Below are positions 30,395 to 38,697 of a DNA stretch of 64,000 nt, piece after piece. The notes under the pieces are model-generated. The model was not told the DNA's origin. It ran no database searches and saw only the letters and a program-made list of their open reading frames with translations. The translations under genes and the position numbers were made by a program. How positions within the stretch are numbered: position 1 is the stretch's first letter; the number at the start of each line of letters is the position of its first letter. The DNA is taken from assembly GCA_041746255.1 (NCBI GenBank), contig JBGTHM010000053.1, forward strand, positions 32,001 through 96,000, read 5' to 3'. Source of the DNA: Fibrobacteria bacterium (lineage in GTDB: Bacteria > Fibrobacterota > Fibrobacteria > UBA11236).

Positions 30395-31354
30395 TTATTT
30401 GATTTTCGCCAATTCTTCGGTAGCTACCTTGGCCGTGACCGGAAGATAACCGTCTTTGATCACCACCTTCTGGCCTTCTTTGCTGAAAACGAATTTGACG
30501 AACTCGGTGGTCAAATCGTCCAAAGGCTTGCGGGGATCCTTGAGGATATAAACGAACAGGTAACGCGCCAGCGGATAGCTCCCATCGAGAACGTTGGCAT
30601 AGCTCGCATCCACGAATTTTTCTCCCGGTTCCACCGAAACGGGAAGCGGCTTGACGCCGGAGGTCAAGTAGCCGATGCCGCTATAGCCGATGGCGTATTT
30701 GTCCACGCCGATGGAGCTGACCACCGAAGAGGAGCCCGGCTGCTCTTTCACTTGATCCTTGAAATCGCCTTTGTTCAGCGCGACATCCTTGAAAAAACCG
30801 TAGGTTCCCGAGGCGGAATTACGTCCATAGAGTTGGAAGGCTTTTCCGGCATAATCGCCGGTCAAGCCGAGCTTTCCCCAGGTGTCTATGCTTTCGGGGT
30901 TGCCTCGTTTGCGGGTTTTGGACATGACGGCATCCACTTCTTTCAAAGAGATTCCGGCGAGGGGGTTGTCTTTGTGGACGAAAACGGCCAAGGCATCCAG
31001 GGAGGTACGCAATTCGGTTGGTGCATAACCGTATTTGCTTTTGATTTTTTCGATTTCGCTGCGTTTCATATCGCGGCTCATGGGTCCTAATTGGGCGGTG
31101 CCCGCGATGAGGGCCGGCGGGGCGGTGCTCGAACCCTTGCCTTCAACCTGCACGGTGACACCGGGGTGAAATTTGCGGAATTCTTCCGCCCAGAGGGTCA
31201 TCAGGTTATTCATGGTGTCTGAGCCGATACTATTCAGATTACCGGCCACGCTTTTGGTCTTTTTATAGGAGGGAAGTTCGGCGTCGACTTGCAAGGGCTG
31301 GGCGATAAGCGCCGAATTGAGGCCCAGGGTGAGCAAAATGAGTGATTTGCGCAT
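30395..31354 (-). CDS. pstS: Phosphate-binding periplasmic protein
   Basis: GSDTM, EGKGSST, GRNSASGT, YPLARYL. Confidence 0.95.
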   Translation of the reverse strand: MRKSLILLTLGLNSALIAQPLQVDAELPSYKKTKSVAGNLNSIGSDTMNNLMTLWAEEFRKFHPGVTVQVEGKGSSTAPPALIAGTAQLGPMSRDMKRSEIEKIKSKYGYAPTELRTSLDALAVFVHKDNPLAGISLKEVDAVMSKTRKRGNPESIDTWGKLGLTGDYAGKAFQLYGRNSASGTYGFFKDVALNKGDFKDQVKEQPGSSSVVSSIGVDKYAIGYSGIGYLTSGVKPLPVSVEPGEKFVDASYANVLDGSYPLARYLFVYILKDPRKPLDDLTTEFVKFVFSKEGQKVVIKDGYLPVTAKVATEELAKIK

Positions 31355-31401
31355 AGAATTCCTTTCCGATTTAAAATCCGGTTAGTCCCGGTTTTCGGGA
31401 A

Positions 31402-31435
31402 AAAATACACGCCCTGCGTGACAATCCCATGACAG
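31402..31435 (-). promoter_or_regulatory. Pho box with -10 element upstream of pstS
   Basis: Minus strand CTGTCAT-GGGA-TTGTCAC (31435-31418), then 10 bp and TATTTT: the canonical PhoB promoter geometry. Confidence 0.85.
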
Positions 31436-31590
31436 CCCCGCGAAAGTAAACACCTCCGGCGTTCTTTGCAATTGGTGCAGTGGAATAATAGGGGAAGAAA
31501 TGCCGATTTTCTGTTATTTTGGAGAATAAGCGTAAATCAATCGGCAACCCTGTCCGGATACCGAAAGGTTTGGATGGATGAAAAAGGGAA

Positions 31591-33129
31591 ATGGGCGTTT
31601 GCTTGCATAATCACGAGCGCTATATCGAGAAAAGGGAAATCGGCAGCGGCGCCACGGCCCGGGTTTTCCAGGCGGACGATGTGAAGTTGCGCCGAGAGGT
31701 CGCCCTTAAAAAGATCCACCCGCATTTGCTGCGTGAAGAGGCCATCCGGGAACGGTTTCTCGGAGAAGCTCGATCCATAGCCCGCCTGGTGCATGAAAAT
31801 ATCGTCGGTATCTATGATGTGGACGATTCCGAAGCTTTCCTGGTGATGGAATTGGTGGAAGGCTGCGACTTGGATTCCCTGCTGACAGGGGGTCGGCCGC
31901 TCCCACCTTTGCTTACTCTGGAAATCGCCCGGCAATTGTTCGCAGGCTTGTCGGCCGCGCATGCAAGCGGCATCACCCACCGCGACATCAAGCCCGCACA
32001 CCTGATGATCGATGCCCGGGGATGCCTTAAGATCACGGATTTCGGCATTGCCCACCTTTTGGACCGGCAGACCTTAACTTCGGATGGCCAATTTTTAGGC
32101 ACGCCCCGCTATTGCTCGCCGGAAATGGTGCAAGGCGGAAAAACCCAGACCCGGAGCGATGTATTCTCGGCGGGATGTCTACTCTACCATTGCGCTACGG
32201 GCCGCTCCCCATTCGAGGGAGAAAACCCGCATCAAACCCTGCGTCAGGTTTGTGAAACCGATCCCGAGAGGCCGGGTAATTTGCAACCTATGCTTCCCCC
32301 TTTTCTGGAGGAATTGATTCTCACCTGTCTTCGCAAGCTTCCGGAAGAACGGCCGGGCGCGGCAGAGCTGCAGGCCAGTATCGAAGCCTTCGCCGTGGAG
32401 TGGCGTCTGCAATTGGGCAAAGCCCGGTTGGCCGGGTATTTGCAAAGCCCGGAGGCCTATGCCCTAGAGGAGAAGGCGCAGTTGGGCGAATTGTTTCTCC
32501 GGGAAGGTCGGGCGCTGCTGGAGAAAGGAAAGAGGGTTGCTGCGGAGAGAAGTTTCCATCGCGCCGCCCTATGTGGGATGACCGCGGTCGCATCCCCGGG
32601 CCCTGTGTCACGCAAATTTTCCCGCGCCCCCCTCTTGGTTTTAGCCGCCGGTATCGTGATGGCCAGCGGACTTATCACTGGGTTCTATATGAAGCATTCC
32701 CGCTCGCAACCCCAGCCCATCGCTTCGGAGGCGCTTGAACCCGAAATCGGTGCTACGGTTTCTACTCCCGTCACCCAAGTCATGCCGGACTCGGTAATCC
32801 CACATAGGCCCCATCGCAATGAGGCGAATCCTGCTCAAGTCACTCCGGTTTCCGGGAAAAAACTCACGGTTAAAACCCTCCCGCCAACCTCTGCGGCACC
32901 CGCCACTTCTTCCGGCGGCTTGCAAGTGCGTTCGCGCCCCCCCTTCGCCCAGGTTTTTCTGGGAGACCGGAAAATCGGCGACACCCCTTTTGACCGCGTC
33001 CAGTCTTTGCCGGCCGGCGAATATGAATTAAGGCTGGAGAAGGAAGGCTGCGAAGTGGTAAGACGTAACATCCGTATTACTCCCGCGGAAACCCTGTTTC
33101 TGGCCGTGGATTTACCTCGCTCCCATTGA
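31591..33129 (+). CDS. Hanks-type Ser/Thr protein kinase with TM helix and C-terminal PEGA domain
   Basis: IGSGATARV, VALKK, HRDIKPAH, DFG, GTPRYCSPE; TM LLVLAAGIVMASGLITGF; PEGA LQVRSRPPFAQVFLG..GDTP..GEYELRLEKEG. Confidence 0.9.
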   Translation: MGVCLHNHERYIEKREIGSGATARVFQADDVKLRREVALKKIHPHLLREEAIRERFLGEARSIARLVHENIVGIYDVDDSEAFLVMELVEGCDLDSLLTGGRPLPPLLTLEIARQLFAGLSAAHASGITHRDIKPAHLMIDARGCLKITDFGIAHLLDRQTLTSDGQFLGTPRYCSPEMVQGGKTQTRSDVFSAGCLLYHCATGRSPFEGENPHQTLRQVCETDPERPGNLQPMLPPFLEELILTCLRKLPEERPGAAELQASIEAFAVEWRLQLGKARLAGYLQSPEAYALEEKAQLGELFLREGRALLEKGKRVAAERSFHRAALCGMTAVASPGPVSRKFSRAPLLVLAAGIVMASGLITGFYMKHSRSQPQPIASEALEPEIGATVSTPVTQVMPDSVIPHRPHRNEANPAQVTPVSGKKLTVKTLPPTSAAPATSSGGLQVRSRPPFAQVFLGDRKIGDTPFDRVQSLPAGEYELRLEKEGCEVVRRNIRITPAETLFLAVDLPRSH

Positions 33130-33905
33130 TGGGTGATTATCTTTACGTTATGCGCTTTCTATGGATCCTGCTTTCCGGTTTCACCTGCGTCGTGGCGGCT
33201 CCGAACCTGAACGCCTTGCGCCTCCATTTTGAATGGGCGGAATACGACAGCCTGTTGGTGAAAGCTCCCCCGCTCGCGGATGATCCCTATTTGGCGCCGG
33301 AAGAGAAGGCGAAATTATGGAATTATTTGGGGGTGGCGCGGTTTATGCGCGGCGATAGCCTCTTGGCCGTTAAGAATTACCACCAAGCCCTGGAATGGTC
33401 GGACGAGGTGCGCCTCGATCGGTTTTTCGTCAGCCCCGAGGCCCACGCCCATTATTTACGCGCGCTGGAAACTTATATAAGCCGGGAGGAAAAAAGTGAA
33501 GCGAATGCTTCCATTCCGACCCTGGCCCCTTCTCCTTCCGCTCCGAAAAATGCATGGATAGCCTCGCCTTTTCTCGCCGGATTCTGTTTCGCGGCTTCGG
33601 CGGGATTGGGCTATTTCTCTTATGCCGCCTACCAACGCGGCGAAGACATGATGCCCGAATGGAGAACTACCCAGGACAGGGAACGGTGGAACGAGTTGCT
33701 GGCAGCAGTGCGCAGGGAAGATACCCGGGCGTTGGTCTTTGGCGGAGCTTCGGTGCTGGCCTTCGGAGCGGGAAGTTATTGGGTGATACGCCGCATGTTT
33801 AGGGAAAAACCGGAGGCCTCCCAGGTTTCCTTAGGCCCGGAGATTAAATCCTCATTTCGCTTATATGGCGCGGGTACCGGCTGGGAATACACTTTCGTTT
33901 TTTAA
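33129..33905 (+). CDS. Exported TPR-like protein with two C-terminal hydrophobic segments
   Basis: Signal peptide; LWNYLGVARFMRGD..AVKNYHQAL TPR; LD.FFVSP; two Gly/Ala-rich helices. TGATG coupling to the kinase gene. Confidence 0.7.
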   Translation: MGDYLYVMRFLWILLSGFTCVVAAPNLNALRLHFEWAEYDSLLVKAPPLADDPYLAPEEKAKLWNYLGVARFMRGDSLLAVKNYHQALEWSDEVRLDRFFVSPEAHAHYLRALETYISREEKSEANASIPTLAPSPSAPKNAWIASPFLAGFCFAASAGLGYFSYAAYQRGEDMMPEWRTTQDRERWNELLAAVRREDTRALVFGGASVLAFGAGSYWVIRRMFREKPEASQVSLGPEIKSSFRLYGAGTGWEYTFVF

Positions 33906-33925
33906 CTTTTCGCGCGAACTTCAGC

Positions 33926-33966
33926 GTCCCAAAATTGAGATGGGTTTTCCTAGCGCCGGGATTCCC
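33926..33966 (+). promoter_or_regulatory. Tandem palindromic sites, putative enhancer (UAS)
   Basis: GTCCCA-N4-TGAGAT and TTCCTA-N4-CGGGAT, 21 bp apart; 27/41 ungapped identity to 40088-40128. Confidence 0.6.
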
Positions 33967-34042
33967 CTGGGCTTTTCTCCGCCTGATCTTTTCGTACCTC
34001 CTTTTTTTTGCAAAAATCCCCCGATTCCACCTCGCACCTTTT

Positions 34043-34058
34043 CGGCTTGGCTTTTGCT
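34043..34058 (+). promoter_or_regulatory. Putative sigma54 -24/-12 promoter
   Basis: CGGCTTGGCTTTTGCT (GG-N10-GC, TTGC) about 50 bp upstream of the VIT-domain gene. Confidence 0.6.
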
Positions 34059-34107
34059 TTTCCCTTGGACAAATCGCGGCGATTCGCCGTAACCCAAGGA
34101 GAAAGAC

Positions 34108-35742
34108 ATGAAAAAGTTCCTATTCCTCATTGCCGTAATCGGCTTGACGTTTTCACAAGCGGAGTTGTCCTGGAAAACCACGCATGGGACCTATGGCGAG
34201 GGGGAGGTGCGACTGCAATCGAATAAAATCAAGGTTACGGTGTATCCGGGATATTTGGATGTCGAGGAAGAGGCGGAAATCCAGACCTTGGGCGAAACGC
34301 CTTGGGGAGGCGATGCCAACAGCTTGGAAATATTCGGGGATTTTTCCCTTCCGAAGGGAGCGGCCGTGGTGAGTCTGTTGCTCTGGAATGGCCAGGATTT
34401 ACTCAAGGCGCGGCTCAAGGATAGGGCGCTGGCCAGGCAGCAATATGAGAAAGTGGTCGACCGCAATACGCCTCCGCCTCCCAGGCCATGGGATCCGGCG
34501 CTGGTGGAATTCTTGGGAGGGGGGCGCTATGGACTTTCCATTTATCCGGTGCGTCAGGGCTTCTCCCGGAAAATCCGTCTGCGCTACCATGTGGCGGCCG
34601 AAGTAACGACCCGGGGAGTGGAGCTACCCTTTTCAACGGTCATTGCGCGGGCGATACCCGGTGATCGGAATGCGGTGATTGAGACTTCTTTTCACCCAGG
34701 GTCGCGAAAAGAGGGCTTCACTTTGGGAACTGCGACGGGACTGGTAAAGCCACTTGCCCTGCCCGCTACCTACCTGTTCGCGACCCCTCAGGATTTACGC
34801 ATCCTAAGTCAAAATAACGCGGTGGGAATCACCACTTCCTTTGCGGAAGGGGGTTACCAAGGCCATTACATTTCGTTGCATGCGCCGCTTCCGGCCGCGG
34901 TTAAAAATTCTTTGCAAAGTTTCGCTTCGCTCAAGCAAAAGCCGTCGTTGACGGCGGAAATCCGCAAAGGCAATGAAACCATGCATATCGACATGACCTG
35001 TAGCGGGAAGCTGGATCTCTGCCGGGGACTGGCTTTCACAGGCAAAGCATCCGCGCCTTTTTCGGCTCGGGTGGATTGGGTGGTTCATTCAGGGGGTTCG
35101 GAAAAGCTTCGCCACACGCAGGAGTTTCCCATGGCGGATCAGGCTAAGGACTCGATATTGGCGATACTCTGGGCCGCGAATCCCGCCTCCTATACCGAGA
35201 AAACCGAACTTCAGCGCGGCACTCGCTATGGATTTGTTGACGCTACCGCCAGTCTTTTGGCTTTGGAAGAAGATGTGATGAACGCGGAAGATACCCGGCG
35301 CTATTGGGATGCGGGTGTGCCCCGGCTGACTGATGCGGAAATCTTCCCCAGCGATACCACTACGGGGTTTTCCGCCAATGAGATCCTGTTCCAATTCAAT
35401 CCCAATCAAAATCCGAATCCAAACCCTAACCAGCCCTGGGTTACATCGCTGGCAGCTCCCGAGGTTCGCTCGGAGAAGGGTATTTCGGGGCTGCTCCGTG
35501 GGGGTAATGCCTTGCAATTCCACCTGCCGGAAAACTGGCGCTCCGAATCGACCCGGGAAGCGCTGATCACGGTGGTTCTCTTTGGCCTGGACGGCCAGGA
35601 GTTGGGAAGATGGACTTTGCAAAACCCCAGTGAAGGCTTACTGGAATTGCGAATACAGGGACAAGTTATGAAGCCCGGTCTTTATCTGTTACGGGTGGAA
35701 GGCGCCTCCTTGCGCACCAGCCATAGGTTGAAATTGATGTAA
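34108..35742 (+). CDS. Secreted VIT-domain protein with T9SS-like CTD
   Basis: AAGGAG SD; signal peptide; FSLPKGAAVVSLLLWNG..ARQQYEKVV..DPALVEF..IYPV..RKIRLRY VIT pattern; NPNQNPNPNPNQP linker; GLDGQ..KPGLYLLRV tail. Confidence 0.75.
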   Translation: MKKFLFLIAVIGLTFSQAELSWKTTHGTYGEGEVRLQSNKIKVTVYPGYLDVEEEAEIQTLGETPWGGDANSLEIFGDFSLPKGAAVVSLLLWNGQDLLKARLKDRALARQQYEKVVDRNTPPPPRPWDPALVEFLGGGRYGLSIYPVRQGFSRKIRLRYHVAAEVTTRGVELPFSTVIARAIPGDRNAVIETSFHPGSRKEGFTLGTATGLVKPLALPATYLFATPQDLRILSQNNAVGITTSFAEGGYQGHYISLHAPLPAAVKNSLQSFASLKQKPSLTAEIRKGNETMHIDMTCSGKLDLCRGLAFTGKASAPFSARVDWVVHSGGSEKLRHTQEFPMADQAKDSILAILWAANPASYTEKTELQRGTRYGFVDATASLLALEEDVMNAEDTRRYWDAGVPRLTDAEIFPSDTTTGFSANEILFQFNPNQNPNPNPNQPWVTSLAAPEVRSEKGISGLLRGGNALQFHLPENWRSESTREALITVVLFGLDGQELGRWTLQNPSEGLLELRIQGQVMKPGLYLLRVEGASLRTSHRLKLM

Positions 35743-35750
35743 ACCTCAAA

Positions 35751-35776
35751 AAAGGAGGGGGTAATCCCCCTCCTTT
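35751..35776 (+). terminator. Rho-independent terminator-like hairpin
   Basis: AAAGGAGGGGG-TAAT-CCCCCTCCTTT directly after the stop codon. Confidence 0.8.
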
Positions 35777-35848
35777 GCCAGCCAAAAATTAGAGAATGGT
35801 TTAGATTTCAAATGAGACAAGGTATTACAACCGAACCCGGCCCATTTT

Positions 35849-36922
35849 TTGCAGCGCAAGTCAAAAACATTGTCCCTTCTGGGCTACGTGTGCCTACTTA
35901 TGGGTAGCGTGGTGACTTTTTCCTGTCTGCATGAGCCGCCGCCTAAGCCGCCCCTGCCGGTGTTTCCTCCAGTCGACAGTACAAACATTTTGGATTCACT
36001 TTTCCCCGGCGGCATTATCGTTGATTTACCCTATCCGGATTCCCTGATAGGCCAATACGATTTGAAGCAAATTCAGAAAGCCGGATGGGAATGGGATCCC
36101 ACTTCCTGGCCTGGAAAATGGGGATGGGGAGAAAAGGAGCGGCTGGACCTTTATTGGGAGGGTCGCGTAACCGGACATAAATTGAGATTGGGTATATTCG
36201 AAGGATATGTATCGATAACCCGGCCCTCCGACGATTCCATCGCGGAATTTCCCTATCGGATTCATCGACGGTTCAAAAATTTCTGTCCAGCGGGCGACTC
36301 GCTTTCTGAATACTGGGGTGTGACAACCCAACCGAAGGATTTTTCCGGCGACCGGCAATTGTTGGCGCAAGTAGTTGATGCCGCGACTCCGATTGAGAAC
36401 CAGGTACGGGGGATTCGCAGCCGCTTTGCTTTCGTGGGCGATTATGTTTTCGATATTCACTTGCGGCTGCCTGCGACCGTAGCTTCCGGTTATACCGTGG
36501 CTCTGTTCCTATCGGAGGTGGAAGCGCCTCTCTTTCAAAATATTCTGACTGGTAAGGGAGAGCAGAAAGGGTTTCAGGTATTTTCGGAGGGGGCTGGGAT
36601 TTTCTTTAATGCCGAAAAGGGCCAGAACCCCGTAAAGGCTTTTGGGCCGGGCGATCGTTTTAGTGGACTCGGAATACGACTTGCGAATGACGTGACATTC
36701 CGGTTTATCCGAAAAGAAGGTCGTATCTCATTTGCCTCCAAAGGGCCCACCGAATCTGATTTCACCGAAATTCAGGGATGGTTTTACCCGGATTTATCTG
36801 CCCTCGATGCCGGGCTTTTTCTGCATATGATGGTAGGCGTATTCGAGGCTCCGACCCGCACACTCAACGTGGAATGGGATCGGTTTGTCATCCACGAGGG
36901 AGAAGTGGAGATGCGCCCATGA
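35849..36922 (+). CDS. Hypothetical lipoprotein with Pro-rich linker and beta-rich domain
   Basis: Basic N-region, hydrophobic stretch, TFSC lipobox-like site, EPPPKPPLP. TTG start uncertain. Confidence 0.65.
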   Translation: MQRKSKTLSLLGYVCLLMGSVVTFSCLHEPPPKPPLPVFPPVDSTNILDSLFPGGIIVDLPYPDSLIGQYDLKQIQKAGWEWDPTSWPGKWGWGEKERLDLYWEGRVTGHKLRLGIFEGYVSITRPSDDSIAEFPYRIHRRFKNFCPAGDSLSEYWGVTTQPKDFSGDRQLLAQVVDAATPIENQVRGIRSRFAFVGDYVFDIHLRLPATVASGYTVALFLSEVEAPLFQNILTGKGEQKGFQVFSEGAGIFFNAEKGQNPVKAFGPGDRFSGLGIRLANDVTFRFIRKEGRISFASKGPTESDFTEIQGWFYPDLSALDAGLFLHMMVGVFEAPTRTLNVEWDRFVIHEGEVEMRP

Positions 36923-38697
36923 TGGAATTACGCCTTATCTCCGCAAGTGAAACCCGGACTTTTCCGTTGCAAGGGAGTTTGGTCCTGGTGGGCGCCGCCC
37001 CGGATGCCGATATCCATCTCGACGAGGCGGGAATGGCCGAGGTGGCGCTGCGGATGGAAAAATCAGCACAGGGCTTCCGCGTAACCAATGTGGAAAACGA
37101 CTCGCGTATCCGTCTGAACGGAGCCCGGTTTCAACAGGCGGAATTGGGCCTGGGCGATAGATTGGAAATCGGATCGCAAATAGGCGTTCTGGATCATGGG
37201 CAAGGGAAAAACGTTTCTGTCCCGAGTAAGAACGTGGAGGCCGGATTAACCCAGGATAACCGACTGCGGGAAATTCTGGAAGCTTTCGCCGCGTTGGTTT
37301 CGAGTGAAACCGATTTGCAAAAAGTTGCCGAAGGGGCGGTGGAGACCATGGCCAAGGCCTTTCGCGCCACCGAAGCCTTTCTTTTCGCTTTGGATAGGGA
37401 GGGTAATCCCACCGTAAGCGCAGCAACGGGCCCGGCCTCGGCGCAAGAACGTTTTAGCGACACTTTGGTTCAAGATGTTTTGCAATCCGGAAAAGGCAGG
37501 GCGATTCCCCATGCCCTGACGGATCCGCAATATGGGTCGGCGCAAAGTATTGTGGAATTGAAATTACAAACCGTGTTGGCCGCACCGATTCGCCTGGCGG
37601 GTCGTGTCGTAGGATTGATTTATCTGGGATGCCGCAAAGGCGACGTGTCCTATTCCGAGACGGATCTCGCCGTACTGGAAACCTATTCGGTGGTATTGGG
37701 CATGTTGCTCCATAGCGTCGATTATATTTCTCAGCAAAGGGAGGCCATTCGGCGGCTGGCGGGTGCGGATACGGAAGATGGAATCGTAACCCAGTCGCCG
37801 GTTATGCAGAATTTATTGGAGCAGCTTCGCAATGTTGCTCCCTCCGAAATCACGGTGTTGATTCAGGGAGAAACCGGTACGGGCAAGGAAGTGCTTTCCG
37901 AATATTTGCATCGCAAAAGCGACCGAGCAAAAAAATCTTTCGTGGCGGTCAATTGCAGCAGTTTGCGCGGCGAATTGCTCGAAAGCGAATTGTTCGGATA
38001 TAAAAAAGGAGCTTTCACGGGAGCGCAATCCGATCGGCGGGGCCTCTTTCAGGCGGCGCATCAGGGAACTTTGCTGCTCGACGAAATCGGTGAAATGGAT
38101 TTGAATCTGCAGGCGAAATTATTGCGGGTACTGGAGTCGGGCCGAGTCCGCCCGGTCGGTGCGGTGCAGGAAGAGGAAGTCGACGTGCGAGTGGTGGCGG
38201 CGACCCACCGGGATTTACAGAAAATGGTCAGCGAGGGGGTATTCCGCCAAGACCTTTACTTCCGTATCGCCCAGGTTACGCTGGTGATTCCACCTTTGCG
38301 TGAGCGTGCGGAAGACATCCTTTTGCTGTCGCACCATTTCCTGGAAAAATTCCGCGCCAAATATCCCCATAAAGACGTACGCGATTTCCATCCGGATGCC
38401 TGGGGCGCTTTGATGGCGCATGAATGGCCGGGCAATGTACGCGAATTGGCCAACGTAGTGCACCGCGCGGTACTTTCGGCTTCCTCCGCTTTGGTGACCT
38501 TGGAGGCCGGCGCCTTTTCTCCCCGCTTTGCGGAAATGGAAGAGGCGACCTCCCGCTTCCAGAAATCCTATTTGGAGCGGGCTTTGGTCTTATCCAAAAA
38601 CAACAAGGAGGATGCGGCGCGATTATTGGGTATGAGCCGCAGCACATTCTTCCGGTACCTCTCGCAATTGGGAATACAGACGGGAGCGCAGTCATGA
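36919..38697 (+). CDS. Sigma54-dependent activator (FHA-like, GAF, AAA+, Fis HTH)
   Basis: GETGTGKE, ESELFG, GAFTGA, LLDEIGEM, FRQDLYFRI, WPGNVREL, AARLLGMSRSTFFR; GAF LAAPIRLAGRVVGLIY. ATGA overlap gives start 36919. Confidence 0.92.
   Translation: MMELRLISASETRTFPLQGSLVLVGAAPDADIHLDEAGMAEVALRMEKSAQGFRVTNVENDSRIRLNGARFQQAELGLGDRLEIGSQIGVLDHGQGKNVSVPSKNVEAGLTQDNRLREILEAFAALVSSETDLQKVAEGAVETMAKAFRATEAFLFALDREGNPTVSAATGPASAQERFSDTLVQDVLQSGKGRAIPHALTDPQYGSAQSIVELKLQTVLAAPIRLAGRVVGLIYLGCRKGDVSYSETDLAVLETYSVVLGMLLHSVDYISQQREAIRRLAGADTEDGIVTQSPVMQNLLEQLRNVAPSEITVLIQGETGTGKEVLSEYLHRKSDRAKKSFVAVNCSSLRGELLESELFGYKKGAFTGAQSDRRGLFQAAHQGTLLLDEIGEMDLNLQAKLLRVLESGRVRPVGAVQEEEVDVRVVAATHRDLQKMVSEGVFRQDLYFRIAQVTLVIPPLRERAEDILLLSHHFLEKFRAKYPHKDVRDFHPDAWGALMAHEWPGNVRELANVVHRAVLSASSALVTLEAGAFSPRFAEMEEATSRFQKSYLERALVLSKNNKEDAARLLGMSRSTFFRYLSQLGIQTGAQS

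Noticed and set aside
31456..31470. CCGGCGTTCTTTGCA as a sigma54 promoter for the kinase gene
   Set aside because: GG to GC spacing is 8, not the required 10.
35398..35436. AATCC-rich micro-repeat
   Set aside because: Simply encodes the NPNQNPNPNPNQP linker.
38424..38693. Extended start of the dockerin ORF (and likewise 36778 for the activator and 18396 for lpxB)
   Set aside because: Each overlaps the preceding gene; coupled ATGA/TGATG starts with proper N-termini exist.
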